DNA of 64,000 nt from Guillardia theta CCMP2712 (lineage: Eukaryota > Protista > Cryptophyta), in assembly GCF_000315625.1 (NCBI RefSeq), contig NW_005434588.1:62001-126000 (forward strand), in the 5' to 3' direction. The number at the start of each line of letters is the position of its first letter. Position 1 is the stretch's first letter. The notes beneath the pieces are model-generated. The model made no database searches and was not told the DNA's origin. It worked only from the letters and a program-made list of their open reading frames with translations. The position numbers and the translations under genes were made by a program. Shown here one piece after another: positions 52,620-64,000 of the stretch.

Positions 52620-53400
52620 AAGGATACTAGAGGTCATCCTTGCCCAGGAGGACTTGAGTGAAGGACAAGGAGGAATCTTTGTTGGAGACTAGTGAGTTCG
52701 AAGTGCAAAATGATTTCAGGGGGGCGAACACGATGAGATGGTAAAGCTTGTGAAAGAACAGAAAGATATAAACTCACAGGGACATGCATTCATGCAGCTC
52801 CGAAGTGAGCTTGAAACGAGGGATGTTACAAGTAGAATGCAAGGAATGACGAGACAAGAACGTGACGGTTAGTTGACAACAATCTGAGAGACGTAGATGA
52901 ATGGACGAAGGAGGCAAGGAGCGAGAGTACACGGTTGAAACAAGAAGATCAGGATCAAAGGGATCAGAAAGTGTATCTTGAATTGGACAGGTAGAAAAAA
53001 CCGTTGCGAGCTGAACAACACGAGGGCAGATATCGAAAGAAGCGATGAGTTGTATTCTAAGAAAAGGGGCTGCCTTGCAGATTAAAGGAAAAGGGAATGT
53101 CTTCAAGGTTAGAAGAGGAGGGATGAAGTAAAAACGATGAAGCAGAATATGTCCCTTGGCTAAGGTTTCGAAAGTGAACAAGAGCTTAGTGTAGGAGGTC
53201 AACATAGCAATCGAGATCGGTAGAAGTGACCCTAAAAAATGCAATGGAGGAGTTGATGATTGAAAGACAAGATGATAGAATCGGGGGGGATGCAGAGGGG
53301 GGAAAGGAAAAAGTACACTAAACGACAAGAAAGAACCTTGAAGCTATGCATGACAAAATAGAAATGAGAGAAAAACTAAGCAAGAGAATGGGGTAGAAAT
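52620..53400 (+). pseudogene. Possible decayed coding/mobile-element relic
   Basis: Purine-rich tract with protein-like fragments (EHDEMVKLVKEQKDINSQGHAFMQLRSELETRD..) broken by stops and frameshifts, with no clear splice rescue. Confidence 0.2.
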
Positions 53401-53821
53401 GAGGTGGATTTCTTTTGTGGGAATTCAACTATAGGAGTGATTGGGTTGGTTTGATTGTCTTTCTTTTCCATAGGAGTTTATTTGATCGTATAACCTCTTT
53501 TTACAATCATCAATCTTTTATGAAATGATACGATATAAGTTTAAGATACGATGGAGATAAGTTTAAACAGTCGTGAGAAGGCACTCAACGATTGCATACT
53601 GAACCTGGTGGAATGAAAGGGGAGAGATAATCATTTTGAGATGCAAAGGATTGAGGTAGAATGCAAGGGAAGCAGGAAGTGTAGGAGAATCGATAGTTGA
53701 CAGATAGGGAGAGGAAGTGAAGACAAGACTCGGATTGCTTGTCCGATTTTCAATCTCTGCTCTATTTTTCTGATGGTCGAATTCCGCAGATAATGCAAAG
53801 GAGCTTGAAAATTTGCCAACT

Positions 53822-54797
53822 ATGATGTCCGACAAAGAGAACATTGTAACACATTCGTGGCACGAAGAAAACTGCGTTTCCCCCGATCCGTACGAAAATT
53901 ACACGAGGTAAACGGAAGGGAGAGACTGAAACATGAGTGGAAAGGGTGAGGGGGATGGGAGGGAGAAGAGATGATGAAGGGTGAAATGAAGACAAAGAGC
54001 TCAAGAGGACCCGCAGCTGATGATCTTTTCTTTTTGTTTTCTTGCTTGCAGTGAGAAGCATGCTGCTGTTCTCTCCTGGTTGGAGAAGAGCAACTCGAGG
54101 AGGGAGGAGGAACTAGAAGTTTCTTCGAGATGGATGGAGACGGAGGAGATGGAGGACTCATCCTGTGCGAGCTATACAGACAAGATGTTCATCGTGCTTC
54201 CAACCAACTTGTTGGAGGCGGAGGCAGCGCACAGGAGGACGATCGAGCAGTATGGCAAGTCACACCAGAGGGTATCGACGATCGGACATGCTGATAAGGC
54301 TGATGAGTTCGGGTACGACGGCAGACGGTGCTGTCATGATCGCGCGTATAAACTGTCTGACGCCTTCCACAGGCAGAGGAGGATTGACTACACGTGCTAC
54401 CCAGAGCTAGAGGAGGAGGAGGAGCAGGAGGGTTCCGTGATCTCGTCCTTCTACGAAGGGAAAGGAAGCAACCTGGACTTCCTCGTTGAGACTTCCATGG
54501 ACTGCGTTGCGCGAGAAAACGCAATGGCCCTGCTCAAGGTACTCCCCACCCCTCAAACCCCTCCTCCTCCTGTTTCTCTTCGCACATTCTCCCTGACCTC
54601 CTTTCCTTCCACGTTCTCCATTTCTTCCTTGCGACCGTCTCTTGGTCATGATCAACTGATCACAGCAAACACACGGAAACATACCTGAAGCCATCAGACC
54701 TGGTACATGCTTCGTCCGCAACCACATTGCCCCTGACATGTTCTTAAGGCCCCACGGCCCCACTGATCGACCTCCTTCGCTACAGCATCAACAATAG
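53822..54797 (+). CDS. Small protein with a C-terminal UBA-like (NAC/HYPK-type) motif; start uncertain
   Basis: Exons joined across GTAAAC..CAG and GTACTC..CAG give 'LDFLVETSMDCVARENAMALLK | QTHGNIPEAI'. Confidence 0.5.
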
Positions 54798-55079
54798 AGC
54801 AAATGTAAACGACGAGATTATGTCCTGTAATTTATGATTTGATCAAACTTTGATTTCCTTCTATTTATCTTGAAATTCCTCGAGGGGAAATTATCCCCCT
54901 CACTTGTAGTACGATGTTTCTGTCCAATCCTCTTCTCTCCTCCCCTCCTTGGATCCCGACTACCCTCCTCGCACCTCCCCTCTTCTGCAAGATCCCCTCC
55001 TCTATTCTCCGCTTCCTTCCTCTCTATGAGCCCGCAAAAGATCTGAAGATCGGTACACTTCAATATACAAGCTGCTCCC

Positions 55080-56026
55080 TCAGCTCCTCCTGAAATTCAT
55101 CACGGCGTATCTGAACATGGCGCCGCCGAAAGCAGCAACGATGGGGATCACAAATAGGTCATCCAGCAGCCCGATGGGACCAAAGAGCATCTGCAATAGA
55201 GCATGATCAGGCAGAACGAGCGTGCTGAGATGTGCGGGAGGGGAGGTTGCGAAGTAAGGAAAGCAGGATAGAAAGGCTGATGACGATGATCGATATATGT
55301 CACCTCTGGTAAGATATCGCAAGGCGATGCGATGTAAATAATAACGATGATGCAGAGGACTACGATGATCAGTTTGAATCCTGCCGGTAGGGACGACCAC
55401 TCCCTGACAAAAATCGCCTCAAAACATCAACACAATCAGCCAGCAAACTTCAACCTGATAGCTCGGGCCCCCCATCTCCAACTTTCTTGTATCCAACTAT
55501 CCTGCATCATGCTATTGTACTGTCTCAGCTTCTCGTCCATGTAACGATGATCGGACGGTTTGTGTCCTCTGGCTCGGAGGGAAGGACTAGGAAACACTGC
55601 AAAGACCTCTCGGCGGTCCAGTGGGCAGGTCACTTTCTTCCTCTGCTGCCCTTGTCGCTGCCACCACCTGCTCACCTGTCAACGAAGAGGAAGAGAGGAA
55701 GACACAAACGACTTTAGGAAGCAACGAGAGCAGAAGGCATGTCCGCAATGGGTCTCACACGCCCATTCGCAAAGCTCTAGGCAGATGGGACATGTTGGAT
55801 GGTGGTTGTAGTCTTGTTCTACTTGCTGCAAAGGGTGAGACATCCTCTGCCCATCAGGATCCGCAGGCTGAGCTCCATCTCTTGCTCTCTTCTTGTTGAC
55901 AATTGTCGTTCGTGATGGTACACAGCTTGCAAGAAAGCGCGACAGCAGATACAAGTTCAACACGAAATGGCCGAACATTAAGTAAACAGCCTCATTGGAG
56001 GCCCATTCGATGATGCGCTTCTGCAT
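55080..56026 (-). CDS. RNF170: RNF170-like C3HC4 RING E3 ligase with C-terminal DUF1232 TM region
   Basis: CPICLELCEWACETHCGHAFCSRC..W..CPLDR; 'LRQYN'; 'IYIASPCDIL | PE-MLFGPIGLLDDL'. Confidence 0.85.
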
Positions 56027-56889
56027 CTTCCTAGCTTATCTCGAAATTAATACATTTGCTTGCAGCATTCAACTTTGGGCAGGAAACTCCATAACAACGA
56101 TGACCAGGAATCCTTACACCTCGATGCCCGTAAAACCAAATTATGGTTGCTTGCCATTTTCACAACCTGCAGCATGTTTGATCAACATCCACAAATGTTT
56201 ATGAGTTCTTCGAAAACCTCCTTTGATAATCTCATATGACTGTCGTTTTCAAGAGGAAACTTCATCATCATTCCATACACAGCTTTTTCTCCTTATGCAA
56301 TTCTTCGGCACCTCTGCATCTCGTATCTGTGTGTATCCTATTCTTCTACCCACAGTCCTCCTCTCTCCTCTTCCTCTTCCTCTTCCTCTTCCTCTTGCAT
56401 TCACTTCTCCTCTGTCTCTCTTGCTTTCAACTCTACTTCAGCCCGTCTCTCCCTCCTCCTGCAGCGACTCATACACAGGGCATTGAGTTCCCACCCCTTT
56501 AGACCTCCGGTTGCTTCTAATCACCCTACCCTCATTATCTACTGTTTAACAAAAGCACCCCTCTTCTTCACCAGAGATTACCCTACTTTTGCATATCTTG
56601 CCTCGATGGTTCAGTAAGATTACCCCTACTTGAGTTACTACCTACCCCTGCTCAAAGGCTTGAACGGTTGATATGAAACAATTTGGGATCAATTATTCAA
56701 CATTGCCAGAAAAACTCGAATTTTAAATACAAGATTAATTCTGGTCCCCACGAAATTTGTTCAATTCCGAGCAAAAACCCTGTAACGGAACGTTGAGCAG
56801 AAATCCAGAACTAGGGAGACTGTTGAGTGAAATATTTAGTTATGTACACCACAAACTTTCTTTGTTGGCGCGCTTTTTGCTGTGGCGGA

Positions 56890-59800
56890 ATGCAGAATGA
56901 GGAAGACGAGGATAGGCGAACAGATGATAAGTGAAGTGGAAGCTTGATAGTTTTAGAGAAGAGATGAAGATGCTTTGTATTGAAGGATTTGTTTGCTTGT
57001 TCGTGAGCTAAAAAAAACAGATGCCAATCATGCGGGCTGCTCGCCCTGAAGCAAAACAGCGCATCGGTGATCGGCTGGTAAGTTTTTGGAAAATGATGGT
57101 TGTATTACTGACACCTGGAACAGTACAGTATTATACAGGAAAGGCAAGGAAAGCTTGCTGCAAAGATTGTTGGGATGCTTCTCGAGGGCTTTTCAGAACC
57201 AGATCTAGAACATCTCCTGACAAATGAGCACCAATTAAATGAGGAAAGTTGCAAGCTTATGTGATTATGGCGAACTGAATATCTCTGTATGTGCTTCTCA
57301 GGAAGTAGAGAGTGCTGTATACCTTCTTAAGATACAAGACTCAGATACCTCCGACTGGTCTAGGTTGGAATGTAATCGAGCACTGCAAGAGTTAGAATAT
57401 GCATTATACTCTGAGCCTCCACATTGCGCAAATGCAAGTTGGTCAATCGCGGACCTGGCTATGTTGTCCTCATGGTGGCATATCATTGCTTGGTCACGTC
57501 AAGGGTGTTTATGACTGGCCGACAGGAGAAATTTGATCGGAGGCAGAGCCAAAATAATCCGCCGGTTGATTGATTTGCTGGACGGAAATCCATGGGAAAG
57601 CAAGGTAAGTCTACACAACCAACAGCATTTGATGAAATAGAATTTCAGAATGCTGCCTTGTGCCTTGGAAATCTCTGCTGTGACTGCCCCATCAATCAAG
57701 TGATCATAGGAACTACGACGATTGGAACGAGGACGATATTTTCAGGGCTTGTCAGGCTTGTGCTTCATTCCAAAGATGAAACAACCAAGATATTTGCATG
57801 TTTGGCCATCAACAACCTAGCATGCAACATTGAAAATGCTCATAACATCTGCCTCTTTCCATTCGCTATCCCCGGTGCGATAAAGTCAAAATACATGATT
57901 GTCAGTGAATTCTCCGCTGGCACTTAGCTTTGGTTACAATGCTCTCCAACGCTTGCGAGGAAGGAAAGCAGTGTGGATCATTGGCTATTGCAAAGTATGT
58001 GCTTCTACATTCAACTTGTTGAAACATTTCTAATGTTTTATAGCGTTGCTGCTAATGATCAACACAATATTTTTCGGATTGGTTTGTACTTAATATTCTT
58101 TTCAGTTCTAATTTCGTCTTTATTAGGTGATCAACCTGGTTTATTTCAAGGGCTCTTACAAATCATACGGTCATCTGATTGCACAAGCTCACGCGAAACT
58201 GCCGCATGGGCTTTAGCTATTTGCATTTGCAATGATGAACTTACAAATATTCCACGTATCTGGGAATTAGGAGGCATCCACTGCCTGTGCGATGTTTTGG
58301 CTAAGCGATCAGAATCAGAAAGATTTGTTCAGTACTCAATAACCATAGTCCAGGTTAGCATTGGATTCTGACAAAGTTTCGTACATTCATGTTCGTCACA
58401 GCTTGCAACTGAAATTCTGTGGGAAGTCTTGTCAAAGAATCAAAGATACCTGCAAGTTGAAGTCATTCTCGGGAATTTGGAGTCAGATAATGCAAATTTG
58501 CAGGTGTTTGACGCCGAATTTCATTATCTGTCTGACAATTTTCTGAAAGGAGTATGGATTGCATGCCGTCATATCTCTTGCTTCTTGCGAAATCGCAGGA
58601 ATAAAACCATTCTTATTCCTGCATCCGAGGTCTTTGGCTGCATTTTCCAAAGCCATGAATGGAAAATCGAAAAGGACTGCAGCGATTGCTGCGCAACTGC
58701 TTGGCGAAAATCTCGATTTTATCAAGACTCAGAATGAGGATAAACATTTTGCAGCAAGTTTGTTGTTGGAAACATGCAGGAAGTCTATTCCTCTTGCAGA
58801 CAAGGCCTATGCTTTAGCTCAGTCCATCCGAAAACGATTCATTTCAAACGAAAAGGTTAGCACTTATGATTCCACTTGTACCACTTCAATCAGAATGAAA
58901 ATTGATCGGAACAATGTCTTGGGAAGTGCATTGAAGCAGCTTGGACAAATCAACGGAAAGAAGCTTCTTTCTCTTGGATATCAATTTGAATTTACAAATT
59001 ATGGATTCAAAGAAACTGGTTTAGACTACGGAGGCCTAAGAAGGGAGGGCCTTCGATTGATTGCTTCAGAGCTATTTGAACCTGGCAATGGATTTGTCCT
59101 TCCATGCTTCAATACTCTCGACTCAGAGACAGGTATGCTTCAGATCAATCCGTCGAAAATGCGGATGCTGGAGAGAAAGCAAGTTTATGAAATGATGGGG
59201 AAAGTTCTCGCTCTTGCGTTTGCAGAAAATATTCCCTTAGGAATCTCTATGACACCTTCATTTTGGAAGATTATACTTCTTGGGAGCATCTCTCAAGAGC
59301 ATCTCACAATTGTATGAAATGCCAAATGTTGAGCTATCTGATTGACTCTTTAGGAAGACCTCATGTACGTAGATGAACAGCTTTACAGGAGCTTAGCTAT
59401 AAGGATCCCCTCGCTAGAGGAGCAGGAAATGAGAGAAGTGCTATCCTGCATTACATTTTCGGTACCCAGTCGATCGCAGGTAACTCGATGGATGATCCCT
59501 ATGGAAAAGCCAAACATCTGAACACTTTCATCATCGAATCAGTCAGATTTCTCGTCAGATGCAATTGCTCTTTATTCGTCACATGGAGATTCCAATTTCA
59601 TCACCCCAGTCAAAGAGAGGAGAGAATACAAGGAGTCACCATTGAAACCAGGAGGCGACGAATTGCAAGTGACTCCAGGCGGATATGCAGAATATCGAAA
59701 TCTTGTGGTTCAAAAGAGATTGTTCGACGATGTTAAGCAACAGTACTTGTCACTAAAAGTCTAGTATGCCCTCACTCATACATAGGATGGATTTCCTCTG

Positions 59801-60404
59801 TCAAGCATTTCACGATATAGTTCCAGATCACCTTTTGAATTGCTTTTCTCACGGAGACTTGCAATCTTTGATGTTTGGAGTTCATGAGGTTCAGATAGAA
59901 TCGGTAACCATGTTTTTACTTTCTGCATTAGAAATCCTCTGTGCAGATGATGAAGCACGTCGAGTATGGAGAAAGCATTGCAGAAACGTCACAGATTGTG
60001 CAATGGTTTTGGACGTACGTGAGTTCGCTTTCGAATCAGAGAAGGTCAAATCGATTCACCTTGACACCGATTGAGGTTCTTAAGCAGGTTGGAACTTCTT
60101 CAGTGGATTACAGGGATTACGTGTCTCCCTATCGGAGGATTTTCTAGACTAGGGAGACGAATCAAGTTAGTCCAAGACGTTGCAGGCCCAGACAGGTATT
60201 CAGTGTGAACGAATGTGACCCTCGTGACTTCAATGCAAGGTTACCTACAGTTTCAACATGCACGTTCACATTGCATCTACCAAAGTACAGGAGGTTCGAG
60301 TACAACATTTGGAATCGAAACTCACGTTAAAACCATTCAGCTTCTCTCAGCTAAAGGAAAAGTTTGACCTGGCAACCAGCGATTACGTCTTTGGAATTGT
60401 GTAG
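56890..60404 (+). CDS. HECT E3 ubiquitin ligase with N-terminal armadillo-like repeats
   Basis: ARM-like 'NAALCLGNL', 'ACLAINNLA' and 'TAAWALA'. HECT 'IDRNNVL..ETGLDYGGLRRE', 'IVQWFW', 'LLQWITG' and 'RLPTVSTCTFTLHLPKY' (catalytic Cys); ends FGIV*. Confidence 0.9.
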
Positions 60405-60409
60405 ACAAC

Positions 60410-60780
60410 GAAGTTGAGAAAGTTCGCAGTCAAGTTACCGAGATGTAATAGAAACGTGATGAAATAAAAACGAGCTCTATTCCATTGCTCAAAACAGGAG
60501 AGATCTCAGAGCGATTCTTAGACTCTCACCACCATCGTCTAAACCAACCTGAACTCGGACGTCGATCGGCATCCTAATCCAGAGCCATCCGAGGACTGAA
60601 GTCTTCTGTCCTCTCAGCCACAACCACAAAGCGGGAAGGGGGGTGGCCTCTGGACGACCAGTTCTGTAGAGCAGCGCCGATCAGGCTCCAGGGACAAGGA
60701 GCCCGAAATTGGAGCGGATGGAAACACTCTTGGGGCAGCCTTAAGAGGGTGTCGTACCTAGCGGGAGACCGAGCTTTCGT
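60410..60780 (-). pseudogene. Degenerate partial duplicate of the 3' part of the neighbouring helicase gene
   Basis: ACCAACCTGAACTCGGACGTCGATCGG at ~60543 and ~61582. GTTCTGTAGAGCAG..GGATGGAAACACTCTT at ~60660-60730 and ~62387-62505. GAGATGTAATAGAAA at ~60440 and ~61268. Confidence 0.6.
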
Positions 60781-61377
60781 TGTTTCAGTCATCACCTTCA
60801 CGACCTGAAAGGGCGGTGTGGTCAACATGGGCTTGCGAACTCCGAGAGGTGCATGGTCAGCACATGGTACTCCATGCGTCGCTTCTTCGACCTTCATCGA
60901 GTACCTGCGGGTCCCTGGCTATGAAGTCGACTGAGTCCATCAAGGATCTCAGGCTTTCCCGTCGAATCTCGATCTGGGCGATGGCCCGTTGAGGGGGAAC
61001 CTAGCATGCAGCCTTCGGAAGAGATGAGGGGAGGAGGGAAACAAGACGGGAAGGAGGGGAGCTTTGGGAAGAAGGAAGGCCACTGCACAGTGGAGAGTAG
61101 CTGAAAGGACTGTTGGAAGCAGCCAGTGGCTCGTCTAGTACCAGCACTGTCACTGAATCCATTTCTCAGCCTTGCTTCAGTTCGCATACGGTGGTATCTC
61201 ACTAATTCAACATGCAGTTGTATAAACAACAATGATGCAGTGAAAGTTCGCCGTCCAATCAAGTAATCGAGATGTAATAGAAAGCCGCTCCAGTGGACAC
61301 ATACGTCTAAACATACATACGGGAAAAGCACAGATCTTCAAGCGATTCACAGTCTCTCATCTGAGTATGACTCACCA

Positions 61378-64000
61378 TCACCTGTACCGGGAATACTCTC
61401 CATCTGCAAACAGGTCCATGGTCAGGCTGCGCGATCATCACAGTAGCATACAGCACCTCGATCGCGGAAGCTGCGTTCACGAGGAACCCTGTCAAACTCT
61501 CTCCTGGGACCTCTGGGACTGAAGTCTCTCGGTCTCCCCCCTGCTCTCCGTCAGCACGATGACAAGAACACCATCATCAACACCAACCTGAACTCGGACG
61601 TCGATCGGGTCGCCCTCGATCGCTGAACGATGCTCCTGAGCCGCGATCATGATCGGGATTGGAGGTCAAGGAAGCTTCTTACGTCTCTCCGATGACATCG
61701 CCATGGATTCAACGATGTCGCCGACAGAAGGTAAGCTCTCAGGGATCATGAACTGAAACGTCCAGATCGTCAACCCACCCTCAAAGCACTCCAAGAGCGG
61801 TTTACCTGAACGTCGGGAAACTCAGGACTCTTGAACGATCGACCAGCCAGGTCATCGGCGTGAGTAGTGGACGAGCCCTGCGGCAAGACCTCAAGGACTG
61901 GGAGGGAGGGTCGAGAGGGACCTCTTCAGAGGAGTACTCTTCTTCACCGAGAACTTTCATAATCTCCTCCTCACTGATATCGAAGAAATACGCTGGAAAG
62001 AAAGTCAACAGGCCAGCAGCATCCGAGGCAGCTACTCACTGTCCTTCACCTTGACGATCTTCCCGACGGTCCACTGGATTTCGGGGAACGCGGCTTTCAG
62101 CATATCGATGAAGCCGCGGACTCCCCGGAACCGACTGGAGGTCTTTCTGTCCATGTTGACCTGGGGGGTTCAGATCAGTTGGCAAGGACTCGCCTCCTTG
62201 TCCAGCCAGCACCTGAAGGGTGACCATGCCGATCCTTCCTGAGAGGAGGGAGATCGCAGCGTGATCCCCGCCTTGGAAGCCAGCGAGCAAGGCCAAGGCA
62301 GCTGCGACCGTGCGATTCTCGGCCATGTTCTTGTCTCCCAACTTATCAGCGGCAACCAGAGAGAGCGGAAGAAACTTCTGAACGACGTTCTGTAGAGCAG
62401 GCGTCAGTCAGGCTGCAAGGAGAAGGAGCGCAATCGACCTCCGGCACACTCTGAAGCGAGCTGATTACGTTGCTCAGCTCCGCATCCGGGATGGAAACAC
62501 TCTTTGGGCAGCCCTGAGCGTGCAGTGAGCAGGGGAGGACGAGGGCATCGTACCTACCGGGAGGTGAAACTGAATCCCAAGTTCTTCCTCGATCTCCAGC
62601 AAGTCTCTCTCCTCGCCGCCGGAGTAGAAGACAACGCTGACTCCCTTCCTGCCAGCACGTCCTGTACGACCGGAACTGGTGTACCAAGTCAAGACAAGGG
62701 AAGAGTCGGGCTAGAGACTGACCGATGCACGAAGGTGTTGGAGTCTTCCGGAACCTGGAAGCACAGGGTATCAAGTCCTGAGAAGGGGATAGTGTGTACT
62801 TACGCAAGTCTGAATGACAAGCTCGACTTCGGGGACATCAATGCCACGGGCAGCAACATCGGTAGCCACGAGAATCAAAAACTTGCCGGACCGAAAATCT
62901 GAGCATCGGGTTGTGAAAAGGACGCAAAGACGACAACACGATGATGAGGACAAAACAGTTGAGGACGAGGAGTGTTAACTCACCCTGCAAGGTTCTCTCG
63001 CGTTGAAGCTGGCTGACGTCACCGTGGATGACTCGAGCCGTTGTCTTGAGGCTGGGATGATTGGCAAGGCGATCAACCTAGAAGACCAAAGTCACGCCCA
63101 GCAGGTGTGGGGCGGGGGGGGGGGGGGGAAGACCTCCAGCTTCGTCCTGCAGAAGACCAGGACTCTCCCTCCCTTTCCGTACTTCTTGACGACCCTTGAG
63201 ATCGCGTTTGCATGGCTGTCATAGCCGCAGGCAATCGCGATGTGCTCGATGGTGATGGAAGTCCTGGTGCTGTCATTGCCCACCATGTCGAAGAAGACGA
63301 CGTCCTTGCAGTACTTCTGCGCGAGATCTTTCACCCAGGTGGGCATCGTGGCAGACCAGAGGTTTGTCTGCTTTGATGGAGGAAGGTACTCTATGATCCT
63401 CTCCACATCATCCTGGAAACCCATCTTCAACATCTCATCGGCCTCGTCCAAGATGAAAGTTTCCACAGCGCTGACATCCAGCGTTCCGTTCACCAGGTGA
63501 TCGATCAGCCTTCCTGGCGTTCCCACCACCACATCGACGCCCTTGCGCAGCGCGCTCACTTGCATGCCGATGGAGACCCCTCCGTACACACACGTTGAAG
63601 CCACCTCGGGCTGGATCCTGGTGAACTCGCGGTCGATCTGGATGGCGAGCTCTCGGGTTGGCGCAATGACGAGGCAGGACGGCAGCCTTCCGTGCTTGCG
63701 AGTCTTATTCGCAAGGATCTTCTCGATGACGGGGAGAGCAAACGCGATGGTCTTGCCTGACCCTGTTCTCGATCGCACCACGACGTCCTTGCCATCCATC
63801 AGTGTCTGGAAGGTCTTCACCTGCACGGGGAACAAGGAGGTGATCCCGCACTCCTTCAGCTTTGCCTTCACTTTCTTCGAGAGGGGAACCTCCTCCAAGT
63901 CTGTGTTGGGGTCCGAGGAAATGTCTGCAACGCACAGTCACTCACCCGATAACATGTCGAACCATGTTGCAACCTTGCGCGACCTTGGGATCCGTCCGAT
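61378..64000 (-). CDS. DEAD-box RNA helicase, DDX21/RH7-like (5' end outside window)
   Basis: Q-motif [62 protein letters not shown] (GUCT start) and an R/D/G-rich tail. Confidence 0.93.

Noticed and set aside
52774-53328. 184-aa minus-strand ORF
   Set aside because: Non-ATG start, pyrimidine-rich strand bias and no recognisable motif.

Overview
Eukaryotic, gene-dense nuclear scaffold with many short spliceosomal introns, abundant microsatellites and three N-gaps. A signal peptide followed by an 'A-F' transit motif points to an alga with a red-derived secondary plastid; the overall style fits a cryptophyte such as Guillardia (inference). Recognisable genes: a NUDT18-like Nudix hydrolase, XPG/RAD2 nuclease with a C-terminal UIM array, a plastid-targeted protein, a GH18 chitinase, a ZNHIT2-like/CS-domain protein, an RNF170-like RING ligase, an ARM-HECT ligase and a DDX21/RH7-like DEAD-box helicase, plus several unknowns. 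The standout is an apparently intronless ~13.5 kb locus (4655-18159) encoding a ~4500-aa Roco protein with the layout 5xSPRY-LRR-ROC-COR-TIR-TIR. Its five SPRY cores are nearly identical at the DNA level although separated by unrelated kb-long spacers. A single missing G at the end of copy 5 splits the putative sensor half from the signalling half. Two genes also carry a signal peptide followed by a ubiquitin-C-terminus-like (L)RLRGG motif. Domain calls rest on motif recognition by eye, and exon boundaries are approximate.
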